Assembly: GCA_965238275.1 (NCBI GenBank)
Contig: OZ250186.1
Location: forward strand, 1,600,001-1,664,000
Origin: Nitrosopumilus sp.
Lineage (GTDB): Archaea; Thermoproteota; Nitrososphaeria; Nitrososphaerales; Nitrosopumilaceae
Reading direction: 5' to 3'
DNA: 64,000 nt
Shown here piece after piece: positions 1 to 9,544 of the stretch. The notes beneath the pieces were generated by a model. That model was not told the origin of the DNA. It did no database searches and worked only from the letters and a program-made list of their open reading frames with translations. Within the stretch, counting starts at the first letter, position 1. Each line of letters opens with the position of its first letter. Position numbers and translations under genes: made by a program.

Positions 1-462
1 GCTGAACCAACACCGGCCCCAACAGCCGAACCCGCTCCAGAACCAACACCCGCAGTAGCAGATGAGTCCACTCCCGAACCAGCCGCTGAACCAACACCGG
101 CCCCAACAGCCGAACCCGCAGCTCCGTCCACCGCAGAGTCACAATCCGATTCAACTACGGGCAAAACTTCGGATCCATCTAAAGCACCTGAAAGACGTGA
201 TGTGATTTTTGTGGGCTCAAAACCAATAATGACTTATGTGTCTGCGACCTTGACACAACTTTCCACTAGATCTATGGTAACCATCAAGGCTCGAGGCAAA
301 AAAATTACGCAGGCAGTTGATGTGTCCCAAATGATTGTCAAGAGAATGAATTCCGTTGGATACATCATCAAAGATGTGCGAATCTCATCCGACTCTCTTA
401 AATCCCAAGATGGAAAACTGCGCAACGTATCCACCATGGAAATTGACATATCAAAAGGGTAA
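1..462 (+). CDS. albA: Alba-family DNA/RNA-binding protein with long Pro/Ala/Glu/Thr-rich N-terminal extension (5' partial)
   Basis: Frame 1 is open from base 1 (AEPTPAPTAEPAPEPTP...) into IFVGSKPIMTYV...IKARGKKITQAVDV...RNVSTMEI, a typical Alba domain; 35-bp repeat at 1-35 and 85-119. Confidence 0.85.
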   Translation, partial: AEPTPAPTAEPAPEPTPAVADESTPEPAAEPTPAPTAEPAAPSTAESQSDSTTGKTSDPSKAPERRDVIFVGSKPIMTYVSATLTQLSTRSMVTIKARGKKITQAVDVSQMIVKRMNSVGYIIKDVRISSDSLKSQDGKLRNVSTMEIDISKG

Positions 463-464
463 AT

Positions 465-682
465 TAAAAAAATTAATTCTAGCGGCAATTGGAATTTTAA
501 CAGTTGTAATTATACTTGCACTATCTGAAAATTCGTGTGGGTTACAGCACATTCAAATTTTAAATGATATATCCACATATGAAGAGACGTTTGATCCGGA
601 GTTTTGTGAGGTCGTAGTAAGTAAGATCGATCTGTTTAATGATCAATGCACACCAAGGTTTGAAACCCTGGACTGCGGTTAA
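465..682 (+). CDS. small membrane-anchored hypothetical protein (start uncertain)
   Basis: KKLILAAIGILTVVIILAL hydrophobic anchor followed by a Cys-containing domain, directly after albA. Confidence 0.5.
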
Positions 683-1142
683 TACAGGGCATCTATCAAA
701 AACATTATTCCAAAATAAGTAGTATATTCTCAGGTATTTTATTAACAAACCCCTAACCATACTATCTAACATTTTGACAATTTCATCAAATTCGGTTGTT
801 TTGATATCAAAAGATATGTTCAAATATGCATTTACTAGTTATTAGAAATTATTTAAAAAATGGATTTTTGTCCGAATCAATAACCGCTGCATTCAGCGGA
901 TCATCATTATAAAAGATACAAAAATTAAAAGATCATATCGTATCAGCATAAAAGATCCTATGCAGAATGTGCCTGACGTGGCAAATCATAAAATCATGTC
1001 AGAACTGCGCTAGACGTGGCCATATTTGAAAATCTCGTCTGCCGTATATTTTACAAATTTGTCTTGCACGTCCATGTGAAAAACCTAGTTTCCAAAACTG
1101 GAAAATAAGGCACGTTCTGTGGATGTGCGGCATTCGTCCCCT

Positions 1143-1251
1143 CCCCTCACCCCCGGCTGGGCAGCAGGTTGTTTCATGTCGGCCTCAAAGGCGGTGGGCT
1201 GCCATGATCCTGCAGCCCCTCACCCCCGGCTGGGCAGCAGGTTGTTTCATG
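1143..1251. repeat. 36-bp perfect direct repeat x2 with 37-bp spacer inside the IS 3' region
   Basis: cccctcacccccggctgggcagcaggttgtttcatg at 1143-1178 and 1216-1251. Confidence 0.9.
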
Positions 1252-1363
1252 GGGGATGGGGAGGAATTTGCGCAAATATTGGAATGCCGTGCGCGACGTT
1301 TCCGCACTGCCGTGCACCGCCTCCATGTCTTTCACTCCGTCAGGCGGCTCGTGCCGCCCTGTC

Positions 1364-2569
1364 TCAGAGGCGCGCCCTTTTTTCGGCCAGCCTTTTGAGA
1401 AGGTCCGCGTCCCTGAGTTTTATTTCGTCCCACATCAGATCCTGGTTTACCATTCCCGCAATCGCGTTGAGCTCGTCGTTGTACTCCTCCTCGGTGCCGT
1501 CGTACGGGTCCGTCAGCCTCTTGTACTGCTTCAGTCTCCCGATAACGTGCTCTATGGCCACGCGGGAGCTGTTTACCCTCTTGTTGTAGGCGCGCTGCTT
1601 CTTTGTCAGGCCGCCGGTCTTTTTGTCGGCTCCACGCTTTTTCTTGTGCGGGTGCCTGATGTGCCATCCGGGATATTCCTCTCTTGTCCCTTGGTAGCCC
1701 TTGTCCATCAGGACGTCAGGCTTTTCCTCTTCGGGCACGTCCTTCTGGCCCATCCTTGCCGTAATGATTCCAAGGTTTGGCGGATCCTCGTTGAGCAGGG
1801 TCTTGTCGTGGACGCTGCCCGGAACAGTCTTGCTTATCGCCACTATCACGCGGCGCTTGTTGATCACGATGTTGGTATTGTACGTGTGCGCCTTCTTCTT
1901 GCCAGAGTACGTCTTTTTGCGCCTCTCCTTGTCCGCAGACCTTCTGACCCGGTTGTGCGTGCCGTCCACCATCAGTTCTCCTCCCCTCCTGCCGGGTATT
2001 ATCTTCTTGCTCTCCTCAAGCGTCCTGGCCTTTTGTACAGCCTCACTGATTTTGCGCGGCGCCGTGTCTGTCTCGTCGAGCAGCCTGGTCATCAGCGGAA
2101 GGTACCTGGAGACTGTGGCCTGGTCAACGCCAAACATCGTGGCAAGGGCTTCCTGCGGTATGCTCAGCCTTGCCCGAAACAGCCACAGCAGGTACGCGTG
2201 CCTCAGGGGCAGGATGCGCCTGCTCCCGGAGTTTTTCGATCTGCTCTTGATTTCAGAAAAGAGCGCAGTCTCCCCGTTCCGCTCCAAAAGATCCTTGAGG
2301 CGGTGCAGCGTGTGGTCAAACTTTTCCGGGGTGCGCAGCGTCATGGCGTGCAGGAATTCAGGATATTTTATGATGTCGTCGAGAAACCTCGACGTGACAG
2401 TCCAGTGATCAGTCAGGTGTTCCTCGAGGGCCTCGCTCTTCTGCCGGTCTGTCCTGCGCGCCTCCCTGAGGGCCCTGATCCTCTGCCGGTGGAATGCGCC
2501 CGACTCCCTGAGCGCCTCGTTTTCCTGTCGTATTCTCTGCACTGTCGGATCGACTAGCATTGCCATCAC
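1364..2569 (-). CDS. transposase, HTH_Tnp_4 + DDE_Tnp_4
   Basis: LATMFGVDQATVSR HTH; VDGT, YSGKKKAHT, GSVHD, DKGYQG, RVAIEHVIGRLK motifs. Confidence 0.9.
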   Translation of the reverse strand: MMAMLVDPTVQRIRQENEALRESGAFHRQRIRALREARRTDRQKSEALEEHLTDHWTVTSRFLDDIIKYPEFLHAMTLRTPEKFDHTLHRLKDLLERNGETALFSEIKSRSKNSGSRRILPLRHAYLLWLFRARLSIPQEALATMFGVDQATVSRYLPLMTRLLDETDTAPRKISEAVQKARTLEESKKIIPGRRGGELMVDGTHNRVRRSADKERRKKTYSGKKKAHTYNTNIVINKRRVIVAISKTVPGSVHDKTLLNEDPPNLGIITARMGQKDVPEEEKPDVLMDKGYQGTREEYPGWHIRHPHKKKRGADKKTGGLTKKQRAYNKRVNSSRVAIEHVIGRLKQYKRLTDPYDGTEEEYNDELNAIAGMVNQDLMWDEIKLRDADLLKRLAEKRARL

Positions 2570-2736
2570 GGTGTGGCGTAAAAATCTCCGATCTTAACGT
2601 TTCGATTATCCTTCTTGGATTGGCATGTTTTACGGTTCCGTGGATATTCGGCCGTATGTGGTGCTGCACGTGGGAATAACCCAATTTAATTCAGTTTTTT
2701 AAGTCAGGCACATTCTGCATGAGATCTAAACATAAG

Positions 2737-3129
2737 TCACGGTGCCCGATACCCCATTTTTATCATCATCTTGCCAACAGTTTTTGCAACATCGGAACAC
2801 ATGGATTTTACCAGAGACAGGTCCAAATTGGATTCATAGAAATTCCGATGTAACATGCTTGCAAGTGAAAAAGAATGAAAAATTTCCTCGTCACGCTCCT
2901 CTTTGGATAATGTTCCGGCAAATTTCCCTAGGTCTCGATGGCTATTGATCGCTTTATTTTTTTTTGCGGCAACCGTTTTAAGCACGCAGGACATGGCACC
3001 CCACATCATTTCACTGGCCTTGTGATAATCTTTTGATTTCAAGTATTTTTCTGCGTTATGACTATAGTGCAAAACCATGCCGGCGTATTTGTCCGCCTCA
3101 TTTTTTGCAGCATCAATCTGGGCAGACAT
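2737..3129 (-). CDS. PaREP1-family (HEPN-related) protein
   Basis: KASEMMWGA...KTVA...SH...LHRNFYE pattern of archaeal PaREP1 proteins. Confidence 0.75.
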   Translation of the reverse strand: MSAQIDAAKNEADKYAGMVLHYSHNAEKYLKSKDYHKASEMMWGAMSCVLKTVAAKKNKAINSHRDLGKFAGTLSKEERDEEIFHSFSLASMLHRNFYESNLDLSLVKSMCSDVAKTVGKMMIKMGYRAP

Positions 3130-3356
3130 CAGTCATCATCTTCTTCATCTACATCTATGTTGGCATATCCTGTAATTTTTCCAGAGTTTGCATTAACTTT
3201 TATCTCTTTTAGTTGCTGTCTCAAAAAACCAACATCAAAGACAAGATACCAGGTGCCATTTTTCAAACTTGATGATTCCAAATTCATTGTGTCGTGGCGT
3301 TCCCCAAGAAACTCTTCTGCCTTTTGTATTGCATCTTCCATATCATATTCTGCCAT
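3129..3356 (-). CDS. small PepSY-like protein with acidic tail
   Basis: EDAIQKAEEFL...WYLVF...IKVNANSGKI resembles the PepSY pattern; no signal peptide; stop overlaps PaREP1 start (TGATG). Confidence 0.6.
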   Translation of the reverse strand: MAEYDMEDAIQKAEEFLGERHDTMNLESSSLKNGTWYLVFDVGFLRQQLKEIKVNANSGKITGYANIDVDEEDDD

Positions 3357-3400
3357 AGATTAAACTATGAAATGATAGAATAAATTCTTTGCTCATACAG

Positions 3401-4692
3401 CAGTCTTCCCAGAAGTAGCTCAGGGTAGCACCGGCGGCGGGGGTTCCGGCGGCTCTTTGTAGCCAAATACGATCAGCAACAGCAGCATGTCCCTGAGATC
3501 CTGCTGGGTAATCAGGGGATCCTTGGAATAAATCCCGGTAACGTGCATCAGCGTGGCGTTTGCCATTACCCAAGCGTTAAAGACGGCTACAGAGTATACA
3601 AAGCACAAAAGTCGCGCCACCGGATTCTTGCTGTGCGTCTTGGCCCTTGTGTTTTCTATCATCCGGTATCCCGTCTCTATGCCCCACCTGTTCCCGTACG
3701 AGTCCGGATCCACGTCGGGGACGTTGGTGGCAAACCCGATGTATTTCTCGTGCGGTAGCAGCTCGCCGTCGTCCTTTCTTTTCTTCCTCTTCTTCCTTTC
3801 TGTGATGGTCATCGTATACGACACCTCCTTGCCATCGCCCCCGACGATGACGGATTTAGAGACGCGGCTGCGCCTGCCTGTAGCAAACTCTGCGATGGCA
3901 TCCACCACCGTATCTGTATTCTTGCATGGTATCAGATATTTGATGCCCATGTCCCCAAGCGTCCCCATTACATCTGCCGTAAAGAACTCCCTGTCCAGCA
4001 TTGCAGTTCCGATGCAGGCCCCCGCATCCTGTGCAGAGCCGATGATTTTACGCACGAAATCGGCAGTATCCTCAAGTGACGGCATGTTCAGGACACCTAG
4101 CACGAAGCGAAAGTTCTGAACCGTGGACTGTATCGTGATGTACCTCTCAAAGACGTGCGTCCCGTCCTTGGCCTTTGAGCGCACCAGTTCTGCCCCGTAG
4201 CTCTTGTCGTATCTGGGTATCAGGTGCATGTCGATTGCCACGTCAATCTCCTGGCCTTTCTTGAGCAGTCCCATCCCGCGCATCTGGTCAAGCTGCAGGA
4301 CGACTGTCTTGGCAAAGCATTTGTAGACGTCGCTGCCACGCGTCCTGGATGCCGCATCGCGCATCCACTCATCACTTGGGCGTGAGTCCCCGTCTGCACC
4401 GCCGATTCTCTTGGAGGATCTGGCGCATCCTGCCACCTGCCTGCCGTGCGCACACGCGCCTGCCATGCTCCTGTGAAAATCCTCGGTGCCGTAGATGGTA
4501 TTGTGCCTGTGTGAGACCATGATGCACGGGGACATGCCTGCCCCTACCGTGTCTAGGACATCTTGATATATGCGTGGGTTGTTAAGCAAGTCGCGTCTCA
4601 GTTGGTTCATTGGTAGTTCGATGACCTTCTGAGATTGCCCTAATTGATCTGTTTTGGTTTTGGGCTGTTTTCAGGTACTTCTGGGAAGACTG
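3401..4692 (-). mobile_element. ISH3-family insertion sequence
   Basis: Perfect 17-bp TIR cagtcttcccagaagta (3401-3417 / 4676-4692); 5-bp TSD tacag (3396-3400, 4693-4697). Confidence 0.9.
3420..4610 (-). CDS. ISH3-type DDE transposase
   Basis: AIDMHLIPRY, LDREFF, YGNRWGIETGYR motifs. Confidence 0.88.
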   Translation of the reverse strand: MNQLRRDLLNNPRIYQDVLDTVGAGMSPCIMVSHRHNTIYGTEDFHRSMAGACAHGRQVAGCARSSKRIGGADGDSRPSDEWMRDAASRTRGSDVYKCFAKTVVLQLDQMRGMGLLKKGQEIDVAIDMHLIPRYDKSYGAELVRSKAKDGTHVFERYITIQSTVQNFRFVLGVLNMPSLEDTADFVRKIIGSAQDAGACIGTAMLDREFFTADVMGTLGDMGIKYLIPCKNTDTVVDAIAEFATGRRSRVSKSVIVGGDGKEVSYTMTITERKKRKKRKDDGELLPHEKYIGFATNVPDVDPDSYGNRWGIETGYRMIENTRAKTHSKNPVARLLCFVYSVAVFNAWVMANATLMHVTGIYSKDPLITQQDLRDMLLLLIVFGYKEPPEPPPPVLP

Positions 4693-4697
4693 TACAG

Positions 4698-4828
4698 CAG
4701 ATAACCCAGATGTGATTCATTCTGGTAAACTTTCAATGCGAACAAGACTACGGAGTCTCTTGCTAAGCATCATATCGTCGGAACCATCGCCCGATCCTGT
4801 CGCACCGTGATCACATTTGGGTTATCTG
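4698..4828. mobile_element. 131-bp MITE, copy 1
   Basis: 18-bp TIR cagataaccca(g/a)atgtga with one mismatch; second diverged copy at 6002. Confidence 0.75.
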
Positions 4829-4913
4829 TTAACCTGGCTCAGGGCAGATGAACGGCAGAACCCATGCCGGTTAAACCGGTCTTCCCCTTTTACGCTGGCC
4901 AAACCCGTGCTGC

Positions 4914-5132
4914 ATGGCATGCAAGCATTGCGGCGGGCCAGTCGAGCGCGGCGGCAACCGGATGTGCCGGGCCTGCAGCATCAGAAAACGCGCCTGCATG
5001 CGCTGCGGGAATAAGCCGCATTATACCGGACACGGCAGCTCGTACTATGAGGAGAAGTGCTTCCGCGAACTGTTCGGCAAGTGTGGCAAGTGCGGTGCCA
5101 CGTGGTGCCGGCATCGCGAGTTCGGTTCCTGA
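4914..5132 (+). CDS. putative small zinc-finger protein
   Basis: 72 aa with four CxxC motifs (CKHC, CRAC, CMRC, CGKC); no recognised homologue. Confidence 0.4.
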   Translation: MACKHCGGPVERGGNRMCRACSIRKRACMRCGNKPHYTGHGSSYYEEKCFRELFGKCGKCGATWCRHREFGS

Positions 5133-5386
5133 TGCCGCGGACCGGCGCCTGCATGCGCTTAAAACATGTATTTTGGCAAACCATCGTTCCATGTCCCGAC
5201 ACCCCCGATGGAATCATGCCTGGATAACACTGGCATCCAAGGCCAGAACGGGGCGCGTTCTGACAGACAACACATTGCCCATGTTGCCGGACACATTCCT
5301 GGTGCCCATAACACGCTGAAGTCGCACTTTCCACGTCAGCATGCACTTTATGGGCACCGAGAGCATCATGACTGTGTTTTCAATTA

Positions 5387-5842
5387 TCATGCAATCCAGT
5401 GACCAAATGAAAAATACCTGCCTTTGTATTCCATCAAATGCCCCGGAACGTTTTCTTGCAACCACCCTGCATGTTTTCGGGCTTCATACTCTGACATGCT
5501 AATCATAACTCTGATATCCTCGCCCCTCTGGTTCATCCAGTACGAATTAAAACCTGAATCAAACAGTACAAAACCATCATCATGCAACGGAAATTCTTGT
5601 TTTAGGGCAATCTCCAACATCCCTCGAATTCTGGGAACTTCATCAAGGTCCGTTTCAGTCATTGTGGTTACCGGTCCCATGTGTTGTCTGGTTATGATTT
5701 TTTGAGGATCTGTCTCTTTGTAGTAAGTCATGGAAATTCCTTCCACATATGGAGAATATCCGTTTGCAACTATGAACAGGTAAAATAAAAGTACTGCAAC
5801 TGCTGCTACAGTCAGAATTGTGATTTTGTTTCTTGTTTTCAT
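5387..5842 (-). CDS. membrane-anchored hypothetical protein
   Basis: MKTRNKITILTVAAVAVLLFYLFIV N-terminal TM helix, then a soluble domain. Confidence 0.65.
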   Translation of the reverse strand: MKTRNKITILTVAAVAVLLFYLFIVANGYSPYVEGISMTYYKETDPQKIITRQHMGPVTTMTETDLDEVPRIRGMLEIALKQEFPLHDDGFVLFDSGFNSYWMNQRGEDIRVMISMSEYEARKHAGWLQENVPGHLMEYKGRYFSFGHWIA

Positions 5843-6001
5843 TCTGCCACCATGTGCGTGTTTTTCACCTGTTGGTTTGCAGCGTACAATATGACCCAAA
5901 TGCCAAAGAGACAGTCAGAACAAAAAACAGCGCCTGCCAAAACGACGATTTTCATCTTCAATACATGATTGAGTATGCGGATTAAACTGTCACTGTCCCT
6001 T

Positions 6002-6131
6002 CAGATAACCCAGATGTGACTCATTCTGGTAAACTTTCAACGCGAACAAGACCATGGCGTCTCTTGCCAAGCATCATATCGCCGGAACCACCACCAGATC
6101 CTGTCGCACCGTGATCACATTTGAATACATG
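6002..6131. mobile_element. MITE copy 2 (right TIR degenerate), direct orientation to copy 1
   Basis: Colinear with 4698-4828 with scattered substitutions. Confidence 0.7.
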
Positions 6132-6296
6132 TAAACATCCTCCCCTGTTGCCGTTTTCGGAACGTGGGCAGGAATTCTCTCGGATCATTTCGATCATGAC
6201 CCCTCTCAGGTGGGATATCTCAACTTTGTTTGCAAGTTTGCCGTACTGCCAGTACCCCAATGGGCCAAATAATGCCAAATGCTCCATTTGTTTTTG

Positions 6297-7007
6297 TCAT
6301 TGGCTTACGGAAAATAACATGTTTACTCCGAAATAAACCAGTGCCAGGCTTAGCCCGAACACAATTATCTTCAAACTTCGGCTTGAAAGTATCTTTGCCC
6401 CTTTTGATGCAAGATGTGCGACAATGCCCAGCCAGGCAAAATCCATCCAGATATGTAGCGCAAACAAAACCAGAACACAATTATCTTCAAACTTCGGCTT
6501 GAAAGTATCTTTGCCCCTTTTGATGCAAGATGTGCGACAATGCCCAGCCAGGCAAAATCCATCCATGCCACCAAATGCCCAGATTAATAATGCATCCGAA
6601 ATTAGCTTAAATCCGATGGTAATCCACCAGATTATAAAAAATGGGTTTAGTCCGCTAAGAGCCATTCCTGCAACCAGGGGGCTCCTCCTTGAATCCGTGA
6701 CAAAATTCCCACCGTTCCCAAACAATGCCCTGATCTGCATGCCTGCAAACACAAAAAGGAAGGCTGCCCCCAGAATTGAAATTACTACCCTGTACTCTGA
6801 AAATGATTCAAGCGAGACTGCCCCAATACCCAGTATTATGACTATGGGAAATTCGACAATTGCATGTCCGACTGCCATCTTGAGGCCTGCCCTCATGCCC
6901 CCCTTTAGCCCGTATGAGATGCTTGCCACAAAGAGTGGTCCCGGCGCCATCACGCCTGATGCTGAAACCACTACTACCAGCACTACAAACTCTAGAACCT
7001 GGGTCAT
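6297..7007 (-). CDS. LysE-family translocator carrying a 30-aa in-frame insertion
   Basis: SASGVMAPGP...GHAIVE...LNPFFIIWW LysE motifs; 93-bp duplication 6357-6449 / 6473-6565. Confidence 0.85.
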   Translation of the reverse strand: MTQVLEFVVLVVVVSASGVMAPGPLFVASISYGLKGGMRAGLKMAVGHAIVEFPIVIILGIGAVSLESFSEYRVVISILGAAFLFVFAGMQIRALFGNGGNFVTDSRRSPLVAGMALSGLNPFFIIWWITIGFKLISDALLIWAFGGMDGFCLAGHCRTSCIKRGKDTFKPKFEDNCVLVLFALHIWMDFAWLGIVAHLASKGAKILSSRSLKIIVFGLSLALVYFGVNMLFSVSQ

Positions 7008-7058
7008 TATTCCCCGAAATAAGTAATCAAGAGGAATTCCGCCTTGGCCAAACCGTAT

Positions 7059-8003
7059 CTACTTTAGCCTTGCAGCCAGTGCAGCATAGATAAACGGCAG
7101 TATCGTTGTTGCCTCTGCGTGAAGCGTAGCCTGTTTTGCTTCCTGCGTCACCTTTCCCCAGGATATTGCCTCCTTGACAAGTGCCCCGCTGAGACTTCCG
7201 TCAAACTCCTGTGCAGTTGTTATGTAGAATGCATAATCAAGTCCGTCCCTGTACTGATTCCACCACATCGTATGGTGTTTTGAGAGTCCCCCCCCAATCA
7301 TGAACGCTCCCGATTTTTCCGCCTTAAAGACCAGCCCTGAAAGAAGATTCGCATCCCCTATCATGTCTATCTTGAAATCATTATGCTTCTGCGTGAACAG
7401 CCATATCTGGCTCCCGACTGCCCCGTCCATAATTCCGGGCACTACCACGCTGATATTGTTTTTGTATGCCCAATAAAGAAAAGAGTCCTCTGCCATATGC
7501 CTTCCAATCATTTTGCATATCTGCGCCGTAGTCATCTCCCTTGTTCCGTTTTGATACTCCTCCTCCAGAAATGCCTGCATCTTCTCTTCTATGACCGGGC
7601 CGTAGCTGCTCATGGGCACCAGTACGTTTCCCAACCTGTGAATCTCCTGCTCTGCCAGTTCCCCGTCGTCCATTGTAAACGAGCCTTCCTTGTAGTGTGA
7701 AAAATGTCTTGCAATGTCATGATCCAGCGCCCCGCAGGTCGTCACCACCACATCAAACCATCCGTTTTTTATCATGTCCCTGATGATCCCCCTCAGGCCA
7801 GTTGATACCACTGCCCCAATAAACGAGAGAAACTTGAGACAGTTCTCCTGCGGAATCATCTCCCCAAGAATCTCCAGCCCGTCTGACAGGTTTACCGATT
7901 CGAATCCTCCCGACTGGGACAACTCCTCAAATATTTTTAATATTGGAGTATCTGAATTGATCTCAATGTCCTTGACTGGTCGGCCCGGCTCTATCATGCC
8001 CAT
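7059..8003 (-). CDS. dys: deoxyhypusine synthase
   Basis: STGLRG, TTCGALDHD, HRLGNV, GGGLSKHH, DGSLSGA...EAISWGK motifs; likely start MGMIEPGRP. Confidence 0.93.
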   Translation of the reverse strand: MGMIEPGRPVKDIEINSDTPILKIFEELSQSGGFESVNLSDGLEILGEMIPQENCLKFLSFIGAVVSTGLRGIIRDMIKNGWFDVVVTTCGALDHDIARHFSHYKEGSFTMDDGELAEQEIHRLGNVLVPMSSYGPVIEEKMQAFLEEEYQNGTREMTTAQICKMIGRHMAEDSFLYWAYKNNISVVVPGIMDGAVGSQIWLFTQKHNDFKIDMIGDANLLSGLVFKAEKSGAFMIGGGLSKHHTMWWNQYRDGLDYAFYITTAQEFDGSLSGALVKEAISWGKVTQEAKQATLHAEATTILPFIYAALAARLK

Positions 8004-8112
8004 ATTCGCTGAGGCCGTGTATAAAACTCTGTCTTGGTCTGCTATAGTGAAAAGCGAAAGTTCATGCAATTTTTTGAGATCCTTTTTAAGAAAATAAATC
8101 CCAACTACAGAT

Positions 8113-9544
8113 ATGATTGTCAGTAAAATCATCAAGATAACACAATCTCGGGAACTGACGCAAGATCGTGAAATGCTCCCGGGAAACTGACATCGTTTAC
8201 GACATGACAATCATGATGAAACTTGCACACTCACGGATCACACAGTTTGACATCAACAACCTGATAACAGAATGGCGCAGGGAATTCGGCCTGACCTGCA
8301 GCGTCCGCATGCATGAGGCCGCCTCAAAACATGCTTTCCAGGCGGCAGTCAAATTCCGCAAGGCAAACCTGCTCAAGCACAGCAAGCGCATCTGGCGCAA
8401 GAAACAGATCAAGCTGGGGAAAAAGAAAACGTACAAGCACAACAGGTGGACCGAGCCGTCCAGCCTGATGAGGCGCGGCAGGAAAACAACCAGGCTGCGC
8501 TCGCTGAATTCACGCGGAAAGCCAAAACTGCGGGACGACGGCACCATATTTCTGCCCGGACTCGGGGAGGTAAGGCCACGCACGAGGGTTCCAGAAGGCA
8601 GACCAGTGTCATTCCAGATGATTGATATCACAGGCAAGGTCACGCGCAAGACCAGGGATGGTGATCGCGAATTCAAACTGCATTTGCAGATAGAAGTCCC
8701 AGATACCGAACCCGCTACAGGCGGATGCAAGGCAGGACTAGATCTTGGAGTCAGGCACCTTGCGGCAGTCGCAGACGAGCATGGGAACGAAAGGCTGTAC
8801 GATGTCCCCGGAGGCTGCAAGAGGCATGACGGCGACAGGATTGATCATCTGAAATCGCTCAGATCAAGATGCCAGGCAGGCTCCAGAAGGTGAAAAGAGA
8901 TCGGGCGCAGGATAGCGCATGAATTGAAAAAAATATCCGACAGGCAAAAACACAACGAGGCAGACATTGCCAGGCGGATAACAAAAGGACTGTCCGTATT
9001 GTTCCTGGAAGACCTGGATTTGACCAGGATGAGGAGATCCAACGGGGCCGCCCCAAAGACGGGACTGAACCGCGAGATGGCCTATTCCAGAATGGGCGAG
9101 TTTCGGAATCAGGTTGAATGGCAGATGAAAAAGAGGGGCGGAATTACAAAACGCGTGGAATCCGCACATACAAGCCAGAGATGCGCTGCCTGCCAAATAG
9201 TGGACAAAAAGTCCAGAAACGGCGAATCATTTGTCTGCACCCCATGCGGATGGTGCCACCATGCCGACAAGAACGCGGCAAAAAACATTTTGGATAATGA
9301 CTGTCTCCATACGGAGGAGACTGGCGGCCAAGCCCACGGGAATCGTGGAGGCACCATTGCAGGTGTCGAGGTCGTCACAAGGCGCGAGGATCACGGATCG
9401 GATGGTTCTGGAATGAACGATTCGACAAGCCGGCTTGGACCCGACAGCGACGACAATATTGGAAGGTCTGACAGAGCGCCGGAAAGAGCACCAGGACATG
9501 CTACAGAGAGATCTGTTTGCACAAACTTTTGCTCGCCGCTATAG
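8113..9544 (+). pseudogene. tnpB: IS200/IS605-family TnpB (RNA-guided endonuclease), standalone, disrupted
   Basis: RuvC-I GLDLGVRH, RuvC-II FLEDL, Zn finger CAAC/CTPC, RuvC-III HADKNAAKNI; in-frame TGA at 8891-8893 and probable frameshift near 8160. Confidence 0.85.

Larger units (their letters stand above)
953..2727 (-). mobile_element. IS5-family (ISL2-like, DDE_Tnp_4) insertion sequence
   Basis: 25-bp imperfect TIR agatc(ct/tc)atgcagaatgtgcctgac at 953-977 and 2703-2727; aaa on both flanks (3-bp TSD); transposase inside. Confidence 0.85.

Noticed and set aside
560-950. AT-rich minus-strand ORF 560-823
   Set aside because: Overlaps the plus-strand small gene, no recognisable motif; at best a decayed fragment
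1256-2557. Long antisense ORFs over transposases (also 48360-49253 and 58338-59489)
   Set aside because: GC-rich antisense frames with no motifs, fully overlapping clear genes
8004-8210. N-terminal extensions of dys, pgp, nnrD, psmB and msrB in the ORF track
   Set aside because: They run through promoter or IS-end DNA upstream of the conserved domain starts
8891-8893. TGA in tnpB as selenocysteine or programmed readthrough
   Set aside because: Position fits a Trp codon mutated by one base; the gene has a second lesion; no supporting signal seen
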